A stretch of DNA of 64,000 nt, taken from Dudresnaya verticillata. Taxonomy: Eukaryota. The notes under the pieces are model-generated. The model saw only the letters and a list, made by a program, of their open reading frames with translations, was not told where the DNA came from and ran no database searches. Made by a program: the position numbers and the translations under genes. Each line of letters starts with the position of its first letter. Positions within the stretch are counted from its first letter, which is position 1. This document shows, piece by piece, positions 31,643-43,199 of this stretch. The stretch lies in the NCBI GenBank assembly GCA_977862235.1, contig OZ374563.1, positions 930,001 to 994,000 on the forward strand, given 5' to 3'.

Positions 31643-31863
31643 GCGCGCCGTCACGCGCGCCGCCGTCGGCGTCCGCGTCACGCCCGTCGCGCCCGTCACG
31701 CACCCCCGCCCCGTGGCATCGCGATCCGCCGCATCGCGATCCGCGCGCGCGAAACGTCACCCGCCCGCGTTCCCGCCGCCGCACCGCTTCCGCAGACACC
31801 CTCCCCGCCCGCCTCCCCCCCCCCCCCCCCCCCCGCCCCGCCCGCCCGCCCGCCCGCCTCGCC

Positions 31864-32781
31864 ATGGACGCCCCACCGTCCCCGCCGCCGCGACCGTCGT
31901 CCCCAACCCCGTCCTCACCCACCATCGACGTCGATCTCACGCGCCGCCGCCATCCGCCGCCCGCCGCACCGCCCGCCACCCCGCCCACCCCGTCGTCCCT
32001 GCGCGCCGCGCACGCCTTCACGGCCGCGCACCGCCGCCTCTACACGCGCCGCGAGCGCGTGTACAACCGCGCGCACCCGCACCTGCTCGCGGAGCGCCTC
32101 GACATCACCGAGGAGCACGCCGCGCCGCCGCGCAACCCCGCCCTGGCGCATCTCACGCGCGCGTACGCAGCCGCGGGCTACGCGCAGGCAGCGCTCGTCG
32201 TCGCCGTGTCGCTCGCGCTCGCCGCGCTCTTCCTGCTGTTCGCGCGCGGGCTGCACGCCGACGTGGCGCGCAAGACGCGCGCGCGCGCGGACGCGCTGTC
32301 GGCGGCCGCGGCTGCGTGCGCGCGCGACGCGCGCGCCAACGGCTGTGCGACGCGGCATGGCGGCGCCGGCGCCGGCGAAGACACGCCCGCGCTGGACGCG
32401 CTGTGCCACAAGTGGGCGCTGTGCGAGCGACGCGCGCGCTTTGTGGAGCGCGACGCCGTCTCGGCCGCGGTGTGGGCAGAGGCGCTCGCGGAGGTGGTCA
32501 ACTCGTTTGCAGAGCGCATCTCGTCGACCGCCGTCGTGCTCGCGCTGGCCGCGGGCCTGCTCGTCGCGTTTTTGGGCTCGTCTGCAGCGTTTGGCGTGCT
32601 GCACCGAAGGGTTGTGCAGCATCGCCTCGTGGATGACCCCCCGCTCACCGCGGAGCTGCTTGCGCGGGAGGAACCGCCGTTTACGCAAGCTGCGCCGCGC
32701 CACCAACTGCAACACCACCACACGCCACGCCGGAAGGCTATCGCGTTTCCGGCAGACACTCCCCCCAAGGACAACCGGTAG
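31864..32781 (+). CDS. Brr6/Brl1-family nuclear envelope protein
   Basis: Two hydrophobic segments flanking a 4-Cys lumenal region (CARDARANGC...PALDALCHKWALC), then AE.LAE.VNSF.E.IS. Confidence 0.75.
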   Translation: MDAPPSPPPRPSSPTPSSPTIDVDLTRRRHPPPAAPPATPPTPSSLRAAHAFTAAHRRLYTRRERVYNRAHPHLLAERLDITEEHAAPPRNPALAHLTRAYAAAGYAQAALVVAVSLALAALFLLFARGLHADVARKTRARADALSAAAAACARDARANGCATRHGGAGAGEDTPALDALCHKWALCERRARFVERDAVSAAVWAEALAEVVNSFAERISSTAVVLALAAGLLVAFLGSSAAFGVLHRRVVQHRLVDDPPLTAELLAREEPPFTQAAPRHQLQHHHTPRRKAIAFPADTPPKDNR

Positions 32782-33544
32782 ACGCGCCGCGCGCTAGCCC
32801 GTGTAAACGCCTCTGCTGCTGGCTCGCGTCTGTGGTACTACATATTACTGGCGCCGCCGCTCGCTGCCGCCGCTGAAGCTATTGATGCTTTTGCGCCCGG
32901 CGCGATGGTGATCCTGGTGCGGTTGACCTCTAGCGGGGTCCGGTCCGACCGACCGCAACCCGTGCAAAACGGGCTACAAGCTATTCGCACGCGGCCGTGT
33001 ATGCCGTGTGGAGTCAAGAGAGGGTGCGTGCGTGTGCCCCTGCAGCCGCCGCAGCATTTGCCGGTGCGGGCGCGAACGGCTCGGCGTACGCGCGGGCGTC
33101 CAAGGTCAAGGTCATGATCGGGCCGACGGCCGAACGCACGTCGCGCGCAACGGCACGAGCCGAGCATCTTCGCGACGCAACGCGCAGGAGCGCGCTGTCG
33201 CTCGGTATCTCATCTTTGTTCCGCTTCGAATCTGCGATTCCGCGTTTCCGCATCCAATTCGCCAATCGCAGAACCATTTGCATCAGCATATCGCGTGTGC
33301 GCCAACCGCCGTCGGGCCGGCGAAAAACCCCAACACAACCTCCAACATCTCACCATATCAACACGCCCAAACAGTCGCACCCGTCGCCCTCTCGCCCCTC
33401 TCTCGCCCCTCTCTCGCATCCGACCACGCCCGCACTGCATTACCACCAACATTGCCTGCGCCCATCCTCTGCACCTGTCCCGCTGCCTTCCCACCCTGCT
33501 CCACTCCCGCCGCCCCACCCGTCTTCCCAGCTCCGAGAGCAACC

Positions 33545-34081
33545 ATGTCTGACGAGCCGGTCAAGCACAACTTCTCCAAGGTGTCCGCGCGCGACGCGAT
33601 CGCCTTCGCCTCGACGCGCCCGGGCTTCCCGAGCAAGGAGGCCACGCGCGAGGAGGTCGAGGAGTGGGCCCAATATATGCGTGCCAAGGGCGTGCGCCGC
33701 GTGCTCAGCCTGCTGGGCACCGACGAGAGCGACTTCTACAAGGGTGTCGACGTCGACGACGTCATGATCGAGCAATTTGGCTCCAACAACTACACCCGCC
33801 TCTCCGTCTTCAGCCCCAACGCCCGCTCCATCATGTCCGCGGCCATGGAATCCGCGCGCAAATACGAAGTCCCCATCGTCATGCACTGCTCCGGCGGCGA
33901 GGGCCGCGCTGCCCTCGCCATGGGCCTCTGGCTTGTTGACGGGTATGGTCTCGCCCCTGAGGATGCCGCCAGAGAGATCCAGGAGGAGGCGGCAAGGAAC
34001 CTGGGCGTTGCTCGGAAGCCCAACGCCGAGAAGCTTGCGTACCTCGTCCTCAACGGAACGATGACTGGCTACAAGAAGTAA
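33545..34081 (+). CDS. Small cysteine-based protein tyrosine/dual-specificity phosphatase
   Basis: HCSGGEGR (CX5R) P-loop; RPG motif and GVRRVLSLL upstream. Confidence 0.85.
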   Translation: MSDEPVKHNFSKVSARDAIAFASTRPGFPSKEATREEVEEWAQYMRAKGVRRVLSLLGTDESDFYKGVDVDDVMIEQFGSNNYTRLSVFSPNARSIMSAAMESARKYEVPIVMHCSGGEGRAALAMGLWLVDGYGLAPEDAAREIQEEAARNLGVARKPNAEKLAYLVLNGTMTGYKK

Positions 34082-34805
34082 GACGCGCGTGTAGCCCGTG
34101 TTTTTACGGGGGCGATTGGCCCGCAGTGTTTGCAACCAGGCATTGCATTCATTGCTTGGCAAGCATGTTGGTTTGAGGTACACAGTTGCGGAGAGTGGGC
34201 TTTGGTCTCGCAAAAGACGTCCTTCCTGGTCAGCTGAGCTACAAGAGGCATCGTTAAAGGTATGCTATGTGGTGAGTTCAACAAGCAAGGCGGCGGTTTG
34301 GTGCATGTGGAGCACTGCAAAGCGCCGGAAGCGATGCGTCGTCCAATTTTGGTATTGTGGAATGCCACTGTGACGACAGCCGCTAAAGCTTTGGGCGCGT
34401 TTGCAACGCTCTGTTATCGCTTTTCGTGTGAGGAACATTAGAGTCGTTCAAGATGCGCACTACTCGGCAAGGTGATATATTCGACTTTGACGCGCATGAG
34501 TGGGCCCCAGTTGACACATTCAGAGGAAACGGGGGCCAGCCTCGACAAACCCCTTTATCCTTCCGCAGTACCGGTGCCAATTTGTTCGTGTTTGTTTTCA
34601 GTAAAGGCGCTATAATGCAGCCGTATTATCGCGGTAACGGTGAAAAGCTTCTCAGTCAGAGCATTCTTCTGAACGACAGTACTTAATGGCTGACTTTCTT
34701 TTCTAGAACCGCTCAAATCTCAAGCCTTCAAAGAGGGCTCATGATTTTATTCCGTCTAGTCCCGTTGCATCAACCGAAAACGTAATTGCTGAGTCATCCA
34801 CTACA

Positions 34806-35984
34806 TCAGACAGCAGCAGGCACGTCAGAGTTCTTGTTCTTCTCGAAATCATACACTGCGACAGCCTCACGGACGGATTCAACCTTTTCCTCTTTAGAAG
34901 ATACCGGAACCATCCACTTATGCGGCTCGCTTGACCCTTGAATCGCAATCAGCCTCTCCCTGAACTTAAAGGACAGGTCTCCCTCTGCCTCCCGCTCCTT
35001 CACTTGCACTTTCCTCCCATCCCAGGTGATGCTACGCACCGGGCAAACAATGGCTGCAGTTCCTGAACCAAAAACTTCTAGCAGGTTGCCATTCTCAGCA
35101 GCTTTGTAAATCTCATCAATCGGGATGTCCCTCTCCTCCGACGGCACATCCATTTCCTCGGCCAGCTCCAGAACAGAGCGCCTGGTCACCCCGTCAAGAA
35201 TCGTTCCATTCAGTTGCGGTGTAATGAGTCGGCTCCCATGTTCACCATCCTTCACCACGAAAAACACATTCATCATGCCAACCTCGGTGATAAACCTCTT
35301 TTCCGCGTCGCTGAGCCATAAAATCTGGTCAAAGCCACGCTCCTTGGCCTCCTCCGCCGGGGCAATACTCGCGGCATAATTCCCACCAGTCTTACACGCT
35401 CCCACGCCGCCCTTCCAGGCGCGCACGTATGTCGGATCGGCCAGCAGGTCAACACCTGGCTGCAGACCCGGGCCGCCGGGAGTGGACGGAAAGAAGGAAG
35501 CGACGGGGGAGGCAATGACAAAGAGCATTGCCGAGTCGGAGCGGCGCACACCAATGCGCGGGTCGGTAGCGATGAGTGTTGGTCGAAGATACAGACTGGC
35601 GCCAGGGACGGTGGGCACCCACTCCTCCTGCGCAGCGACAAAGTCGCACAGCGCGGCGAGCAAGACAGCCGGATCGAGCTGCGGGAGCGCGATGCGGCGG
35701 GCGGAGCGGTTGAGACGGGCGATGTTGAGGTCCGGACGGAAGAGGCGCGGCGGGCAGGACGGGGTGCGGTAGGCCTTTAGCCCCTCGAAGACGGCCATGC
35801 CATAGTGGAAGATGGAGCTGGACGGGGCGAACGGGAGCGCGGCGTGCGCGACGATCTGCGGCGCGGTCCAGCCGTCCGCGGCCGTCCACGTCATGGTGAG
35901 CATCTTGTCCGTGAAGACGGAGCCCCACGGGACCGAGTTGCTCGCCAGGCGCGACATGATCGCCGGCAGCTCTGCGGGCGGCAT
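34806..35984 (-). CDS. BCAT: Branched-chain amino acid aminotransferase (may start upstream at 36179 with a transit peptide)
   Basis: FHYG..VFEGLKAY, LFRPDLN..R...SA.R, LYLRP, K.GGNYA, EVG.MN, ILDGVTR.S, E.FGSGTAA...PV. Confidence 0.93.
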   Translation of the reverse strand: MPPAELPAIMSRLASNSVPWGSVFTDKMLTMTWTAADGWTAPQIVAHAALPFAPSSSIFHYGMAVFEGLKAYRTPSCPPRLFRPDLNIARLNRSARRIALPQLDPAVLLAALCDFVAAQEEWVPTVPGASLYLRPTLIATDPRIGVRRSDSAMLFVIASPVASFFPSTPGGPGLQPGVDLLADPTYVRAWKGGVGACKTGGNYAASIAPAEEAKERGFDQILWLSDAEKRFITEVGMMNVFFVVKDGEHGSRLITPQLNGTILDGVTRRSVLELAEEMDVPSEERDIPIDEIYKAAENGNLLEVFGSGTAAIVCPVRSITWDGRKVQVKEREAEGDLSFKFRERLIAIQGSSEPHKWMVPVSSKEEKVESVREAVAVYDFEKNKNSDVPAAV

Positions 35985-37236
35985 GGCGGCGCGGCGGGCG
36001 CGCGCGCGCGCGGCGGAGCGGAGACGCGGCGGAGCTGCGGAGGCGCGTGCGGGCCGGTCGGATCGGCTGGCGGGCGGCGGCGGCGGCGGTGCGCGGAGGC
36101 GGCGGTGCTGCGCGTGCGCGCGCGCGCCGCACTGATAAGCGCGTTGCGCGGCCGCGGCGCGCATGAGAGGCGGCGGCATGGGGCGTGCGACTGCGGGAGC
36201 TCCGCCGTGCGGCGCCGTGGCGCGGGCGCGAGGAGGCGGCGGCGTGGGCCGGGCGTGTCTGTCAGCGGATCTGCGCGGGGGGTGCGCCTCGCGCGGTAGG
36301 GCGGCAGCGCTGCGGCGCTGGCGCGCGATAGGTGTGACAATTGGGGCGCGGTTTGTCGGGCCGGGCGGCAGGCAGGACAGAGGGGTTTGTACTCTTTCGG
36401 CGGCGGGAGAGACGACTCGACTTCGACATTGCGCCCAATGGTTGTCGTTCGTGCAAGCGGGATGCATGCGCGAGGCGCCACTTGGCGCGTGGACGAGATT
36501 TTTGGGAAGGATATGGCCCGTCCCTTCCGCCTTTGAGGAGCTCTCTAAACGCGCCGTGGGACCGTGTCGGAGGACGTTGCGGACACAGTGATGAGGCTGT
36601 AAAAAGCCATGCTTCTCTCGCTGGAGCGACAAAGGATGGTTGCCCTACTATCGAGGAATCTGTGCGCTAGAATAGTACGGAAACATTGGACACGCTCAGA
36701 GTGACATCTGTTCTCCCGGCAGGGCGTTAAGGACCAAACTACAATACTTCGAACGAAAGAGCGAAAGAGCACAAAGGCATGTTTGCAACGCGCCTCGTTG
36801 CGGAGGCACGTAGACCGCCGCCATGGCAAGAAGAGAACCGAGCAATAGGTAGTGCGCGAGGCGTATAGGACGCATCTCAAGAACTGTAGATCTCTACCAA
36901 GATAGATGGCTATCGATTTACTAGGGGCATCATCCAAGCGTGGCTACAAACTTGCATTTGTGACACCTTTGGATCAAATTCTCCGTGCCTTTGATTTCCC
37001 TCAACGTCTCCCTTCATGGCAGAACCTACTTGTAGGTTCTCAATGATGGTGCGAGAGGTTACGCGATGAAAGCGTGTTGGCGGCAACGCTACCAGAGAAA
37101 GCAGAAAATGGCCTGCAGGTAGCACTCCCTGCAATCGGGCATGCCTGGAGACGAGGACTGAAATATGCCACTACCAGCTTACTTGTGCTATCCTGTCATC
37201 GCCAACTTTTTCGCCAACGAAAGGACAAGTACTACC

Positions 37237-37569
37237 TTACTCATCTACCGACCCCTGCGAGTCCCCGTACGCCTGCACACAGTATGAGACAACGTCCAAG
37301 AGACAACCGGGGTACTGAAAGAATGAAACGTCTTTGCATACTATCTTGACGTTCTGGAGACATTGAGAGACGGCAACTTGGGAACGCTTTTGCCTCAGAG
37401 CAGGGATGAGGGGATGGTCCTGGTCCTTCACATTCTCTTTGTATTCAATATTGACGAAGTTGTCGGTAGCGATAGATGTAGACGGAGATTTGAACACCGG
37501 GTAGGCAGTTGTTCTGCATGTTACAATAAAGAGATTGAACAGGATAATGGTAGATTTTGTTCCCAGCAT
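37237..37569 (-). CDS. Putative secreted prepropeptide (110 aa) with RQKR site and 4-Cys C-terminal peptide
   Basis: ATG start, hydrophobic leader MLGTKSTIILFNLFIVTCRTTA, then RQKR|SQVAVSQC...C...C...C. Confidence 0.5.
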   Translation of the reverse strand: MLGTKSTIILFNLFIVTCRTTAYPVFKSPSTSIATDNFVNIEYKENVKDQDHPLIPALRQKRSQVAVSQCLQNVKIVCKDVSFFQYPGCLLDVVSYCVQAYGDSQGSVDE

Positions 37570-40500
37570 GCTGTTCTTCGAGCACCTCGCGTCTAGAATC
37601 GTTCCGTAAGTAATCGTAGCTTTGATTTCAAGCAGAATCTGTAGTAGAGGAGCGAAACAACTTCACGGTACTTGTACTCCCTAGCAAGATTGATAAGGTC
37701 TGGATGGTGGACATGAGTCACGACTCATGACCGGTCGTTTCTGAGCTCCATTGGGAGGTTCATCCGTTAGAATCTATTATATATGAGCTTGTATTTATGA
37801 AGCCAGCAAGAATTAGTCAGTCGCAGCTGCTGTCCGAGAGCCGTCAATGAGACCAGGACGCGTATGTTAGACTTTCAAGGATAGCGCAATCATCATCGAT
37901 TGTGAAAGTTACAGAGTGGTGCGTTTAGTATTCTGGCGTGCAAAGAATAGGTACCGTGAACATGGAAGGATGGTGACAACCTTTGCGAAGCCAATTACTG
38001 ATCGACACGGAAACAAGCTATGTACAGTGCCGTATGGGTCGGGAGAACGTTATAGTTATAGACCGTGGCCCACAGTTGGGTTTGAAATTGGGGAAACACA
38101 CCGGGAGCCGAATTCAAACTTGAGTCTCTGCGGACGAAACACACACATAACTTATGCCCTTGTCATGTAACAACTGGCGTGATGTAGGTAAGCAATTCTC
38201 ATCATGCTAACGAGATACTGGAATGGGTAAGTTGATTCATATATGCAATCTAACTCGTGGAAGCCCTTTCCACTGCCCATGCTTCGCTCACAAAATTCTG
38301 CGCCTGAATAAGGGGTTTCTGTATGGCGGCACTATAGACCTTCCAGGGCACTCGAGACTCACACGCTCAGCCTAAACTATTTAACCCATAGTAGTGACTA
38401 TTGCATTTCACTCTGCAATCAGAAGTTCCAATAGAGCAGTTCTGCGCGGCGTCATTCGAGATTCATCCTTCCATTCTTTATTGAAGCCAAACATCATTGT
38501 TTATGTTCAGGTCTGTCAAGACAAACGATCGAGAGTTCATGGTTGGGCATTTGGCGCGAAACAAATTTGATATTGAAAGCTAACAAGTTTTGTAATCCTC
38601 TTATACGAGGACGGAACAAGGGATATTTGTCCCCCGCTCCTCGTTGGCTTTGGGTTGAGAGATATCCTCAGATTATGGACTAAAGACATCTAAATGTTTC
38701 CCCATTGTTAAGCGACACGGAAATTCTGGTTACCCCAATTCAGTTCTCAATCCCCCCTGGAATGAACGAATGGAAGAAGTAGTCTGCACGCCAGCGACCT
38801 AGATGAGAAATACGCACCGGTGGCGATGTTAGGTCCTGGCGTTTACCCCCTCCTGGCAGTGCTAGAGTATTTGTTACCTTTGTCTATTTTTCAGCATTGG
38901 GATTTATTGACATCTCATACGTTCATGACCCGAAAATTCTCGGATTAACTTGTACTTGAGGAGAAGAGCTTTTGGTTCTGGAATAGGATAACACCAAGGC
39001 TGCGCCCTGTACCCCTGTGCTCTTATTAGAGGCAGAGAGGCGCGGTGATTGTTTATTGTCTTAGCTATCTGGCACATACGGATAGAGTCGCATTGGATGG
39101 GAATCTAGACTTACAAGTAGAACTGGTTTCGCCGCAGTAGTTACAGTGAAACGAGTTTTTAGCTAAGTTCAGGTATGCCGAAGGCTTCTGTATTGCTCTA
39201 TCGACTATACAGCATACAGATAACCACAAGAACATTTTTTATGCGAGATGAAGTGGGACGAGGAACAGGACGTAAAATATGATTTGAGGCAGGACGTGAG
39301 ACAGGACGTAAAGCTGGTATTTAAACACGGAGGTGGTCACGGGACAGGGAACGGGACAATGGCAATGGCTAAACTGACGAGAATCTGATTGAGACCAATC
39401 TTGCACTACCTTCATTCCTTGTAGGAATCTTCCTACCTAAGAACCTTTTCTACCATTCCTCTACCATTCTGGGCCTATCATGCGCCGTATCATACCATGG
39501 TTCACAGCCTCCTTGGAACTGCGTATCTTGGAAGTAGGCTCCTTGGAACTGCGTATCGATTGTTACCTGCATCGACAATCATCTCTTCGTCTTTGTCTTA
39601 TCAACAATTGTAGCTCTTCCTTTTCGTGTACTGAGATCAATGTGCATCTTTTCGTATAAATCGTTGCATTAAAAAAGCATTGCTTTCGGAGTCAACTCAA
39701 GTCTACAACGATAAGTGCACCAGCAGAATGCTTACATTGTGCCTGAAGACCTTTCTGGGACTTGATGTCTGCATCCTTTCTCCTATATAAACATGTTCTC
39801 TTGGAAATGACCGTAAAGTATCAGATGATAATCGGTATTGTCGCTACGGATGCTGTAACGGAAAAACAACAGGCATCGACTATCGCTGTAGGGCTGGGAG
39901 CCTGGTGTTTACAACTGGACTTTGTTTCTAAAGTCCGACCATTGTGGGCCATCTGAAGTGCAATATACTGTACTCTCGCACGTTCTTGGAAATAAAGGCG
40001 TGGAAGGTTGCAGTCATGCATCTCTTCCATACTTCCATAGTATATTGTCGCAGCAATGGAATACACCTTTCGAAGTGCTCTCAATACACTCATCGCCAGT
40101 TTTCAACCGAAGAAGGCAGTGCTGTGGCAACCCTGCATGTTTACATAGTCTCGCCGTTTTCGCTTTGAGACAATACTATCGCTATCCTATAGACCACGCC
40201 ATCTGACGTCCACCGCTAACGCACTCGGGTTGATTACATCTCTGAGCATCGAGGCAAGTCGCAGAGCATTGTTGTTTGGCGCCATGGGGACACATGAAAA
40301 TGGAAAATTTGATCCGGCATTGTCGAAAATAAAATAGGCGGAAACCCCGTCTGCATGCTTCTTGTCTTGGTCGCAGATCAAGTGCACAAGGAAGAGTCCA
40401 GCAGTCGCAGTCTGACATCTACCATACCGCGGTGGGTTCTGAATCAAAAGGCACACCGACAGTAACGGGGCCGCACCTGCAAGATTCTTCTCCGCTTCCA

Positions 40501-40601
40501 AGCCTTCCCGGCTTGGCTAAATCTGGCAGGCACGAGCGTTTCCGCACTATTGACTACGACCCAGAAACGCCAGAGATCGGCCTTTGCTGGCAATCTGCTG
40601 A

Positions 40602-41558
40602 ATGGCTCCCTTTGCATCTCTTGCGACCAAGCAATACCTTGGCCATCGTTCAAGAGTTTCCGCGGTCGCATGGAACCTCGATGGAACCCGTCTTGCTAGT
40701 GCGGGAGACAATTCCGGTCTGCTCATATACGATACGGAAAGAATCGAGGCTAATGGCCGCCCGGAGCGCCGCTTTGTGAACGAATGCCGGGGCCATAACA
40801 AGAACATTGAGGTAGTCATGGCCAGCACCACGGCTCCGAACATGTTTGCTAGCGCTGGACAAGACAATCTCGTCAACTTCTTCGACATTCGTACCTCTTC
40901 TCGACCGATTCATTCTGTTTCCACTGACTCGGCTTGCCTCTTTGGAGAGTGGTCCCCCGATGGCAATTCGGTCGTGGTCGGGGCAGAAGCGAACAATCTC
41001 TACGTTATTGACTGCCTCAGCTGGAATGTCCAGAAGAAGATCCCCTTTGACGGCGAGATTAACCAGTTTCGGTGGAGTGCAGATGGCAAGCGGCTGTACC
41101 TAACAAAAGGAAATGGAAGTGTTGATGTCTTTGACTGGCCTTCAATGGAGCCCTTCTTTACCTTCCGAGGCCACGCGCACACCTGCTTAGGAATCGCCAC
41201 TGATCCCCTGAAGAGGTTTATTGCCGTCACGAGTATGGATACCTGCGTGAGTGTATGGGATGCCACTAGTCTTACAAACTTGTTCACCATTGATAGGTGG
41301 GAGGCTCCGGTGCAGCTTGCCGAATATTCGCACGACGGCAAGTACTTGGCTCTTATCGGTGAGGCCGAGCGCATCGAAATTACAGATGCAGCGCAGGGAA
41401 GTCTGTTGTTTTCAATTCCCACCGGTACTCTACCAAACAACATGGCTTGGCATCCAAAGCAGGCTCTATTAGCGTACTCTCCATCGCCACCGAGAGAACG
41501 TTATTCTTCCGCAGAGTTGCAACCGATGACCTGCGTTTGGGGTATACCACGCGCTTGA
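40602..41558 (+). CDS. THOC3: WD40 protein, THO complex subunit 3 (Tex1)-like
   Basis: H.SRV.AVAWN.DG.RLAS, E.RGH...IE, W.PDG, GH...C..I..DP, AWHPK..LLAY. Confidence 0.8.
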   Translation: MAPFASLATKQYLGHRSRVSAVAWNLDGTRLASAGDNSGLLIYDTERIEANGRPERRFVNECRGHNKNIEVVMASTTAPNMFASAGQDNLVNFFDIRTSSRPIHSVSTDSACLFGEWSPDGNSVVVGAEANNLYVIDCLSWNVQKKIPFDGEINQFRWSADGKRLYLTKGNGSVDVFDWPSMEPFFTFRGHAHTCLGIATDPLKRFIAVTSMDTCVSVWDATSLTNLFTIDRWEAPVQLAEYSHDGKYLALIGEAERIEITDAAQGSLLFSIPTGTLPNNMAWHPKQALLAYSPSPPRERYSSAELQPMTCVWGIPRA

Positions 41559-41669
41559 GCATTCTCTTCTTCAACATGAGGACACTTCGTTTAAGAAGCG
41601 CCAAACCCCAACGCCCCCGATGAGCAAGACGGCACAAGATGTTTTGCTCCAGCAGTCCTTCTGCGTTCG

Positions 41670-42701
41670 TCAATCATCTCGCCAAGTGACCAGCACGTCA
41701 TCTGTTCTATAACGCTGAGTACAAGTTGCCTTCTCGACAGGAATAGCAGCATTCCCAGCGTCGTACATAAGTGATGCCGTCCACGCCACCATCGCACCGT
41801 TATCTATACAGAAACGCTCATCCGTACAGAAGGCCCTACCTCCGCGTTCGGCTGCCATTTCCTGTAACATTTCTTGCAGTCGAACGTTGCAACCGACTCC
41901 ACCAACGACAAGGACATCGGTCTGCCCGCAGTGTGCCATCGCTCTTTCGGTGACTTCGACTAACATTGCGAATACGGTTTCTTGAAGACTGAAGCAAAGG
42001 TCTTCTACAGAATATGACCCGTCTTTCAGAGCTTTCTTAGCTTCTGTCTCAATAAAGGACAAAAGGCCCGAGAAGGAAACATCCATCCCCTTCACTACGT
42101 ATGGGAGCTCAAGGAATTTGCGATGTTCGACACCGTTCTTTTTTGCTGCTTGCTCGATGTTGTAGCCAGGGGATGGGTTGTTTGGTAAGCCGACGACGCG
42201 GGCAAACCTGTCTAGGCAGTTACCCACGGCTATGTCAATCGTCTCTCCGAAAATGCGATACCTCTTGTGGGCGTACGCGATGACCTGGGTGTTTCCGCCA
42301 GAAACGTAGAGCACAACAGGATTGCGCGAGCCTGTTACCAATCGGCCCATCTCGATGTGCGCAACGCAGTGGTTCACCGGTACAAGGGGAACCTTCCACA
42401 TGAGCGAGACCGTACGCGCGGCGACCGCAACAGATCTGAGCGGCGCTCCCATTCCTGGGCCCATTGTGTAGCCAATGCAGTCGAGATCAGACGGCTTAAT
42501 GCCAGCTTCCGCCATGGCAAGGGCGATTAATGGGACTACATGCTTTTGATGGTGTGTGGCGGTCTCTTTTGGCAGGAACCCATGGCCCGCCGGAGGGACG
42601 AAGGTCTCTCGGGCGTTGGACAGAATCTTGCCCTCGGTTGAGACGACGGCCACTCCTATTTTGTTTGCGCTCCCTTCTAAACCGAGTATGTAGCCACCCA
42701 T
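41670..42701 (-). CDS. KAE1: tRNA N6-adenosine threonylcarbamoyltransferase Kae1/OSGEP
   Basis: [72 protein letters not shown]. Confidence 0.96.
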   Translation of the reverse strand: MGGYILGLEGSANKIGVAVVSTEGKILSNARETFVPPAGHGFLPKETATHHQKHVVPLIALAMAEAGIKPSDLDCIGYTMGPGMGAPLRSVAVAARTVSLMWKVPLVPVNHCVAHIEMGRLVTGSRNPVVLYVSGGNTQVIAYAHKRYRIFGETIDIAVGNCLDRFARVVGLPNNPSPGYNIEQAAKKNGVEHRKFLELPYVVKGMDVSFSGLLSFIETEAKKALKDGSYSVEDLCFSLQETVFAMLVEVTERAMAHCGQTDVLVVGGVGCNVRLQEMLQEMAAERGGRAFCTDERFCIDNGAMVAWTASLMYDAGNAAIPVEKATCTQRYRTDDVLVTWRDD

Positions 42702-43199
42702 TGTAAGGGCGGGGTCTGACGGTTGTAAGGCAGTGTGTGCAGTATTGGGTGCTTCTGACACAGTATGTTTGAGCGCAGCGTATGCCGAGTCACTTCTCTG
42801 CCAAGATGGAGGGAATAGTGAGTTTGCGAGAACAATTGTTCGAATTGCAAAAGGCTCGGTAGCTCTGGCGTGAACGGCCGAGTGCGACACCGGTTTGACG
42901 GTCGAGGATGCAATTGAGAAGGCACGACGGCGGGAAGCGGCCCTACAACAGGGCGGCTGACGGTCACGCCTCTCGGAAAGATTGCGAAAATTGAAGTGAG
43001 GGGCAATGCCCGAATTTTGCGGTCGTCCCAGCAGCAGCCCTGCGGGACGGCTCTGGCTTTGCGGACAGTCATTGCAGCTGTGGTGGGGGATGACGACAAA
43101 GCTTGACGCATTTTGGACGAGACGGCGAACCCAGCTTTCGCGTTGACCCGCTGGTGATTCGCGAGCGAAGCAGGCCACCATCTGGGATGCGCTGCACAC

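Noticed and set aside
37712..39557. Small inverted repeat (CATGAGTC/GACTCATG at about 37712), GGACA-rich patch (about 39255-39360) and 19-bp direct repeat (39509/39539)
   Set aside because: Too short and isolated to define a TE or ncRNA; no termini, TSD or coding remnant recognised.
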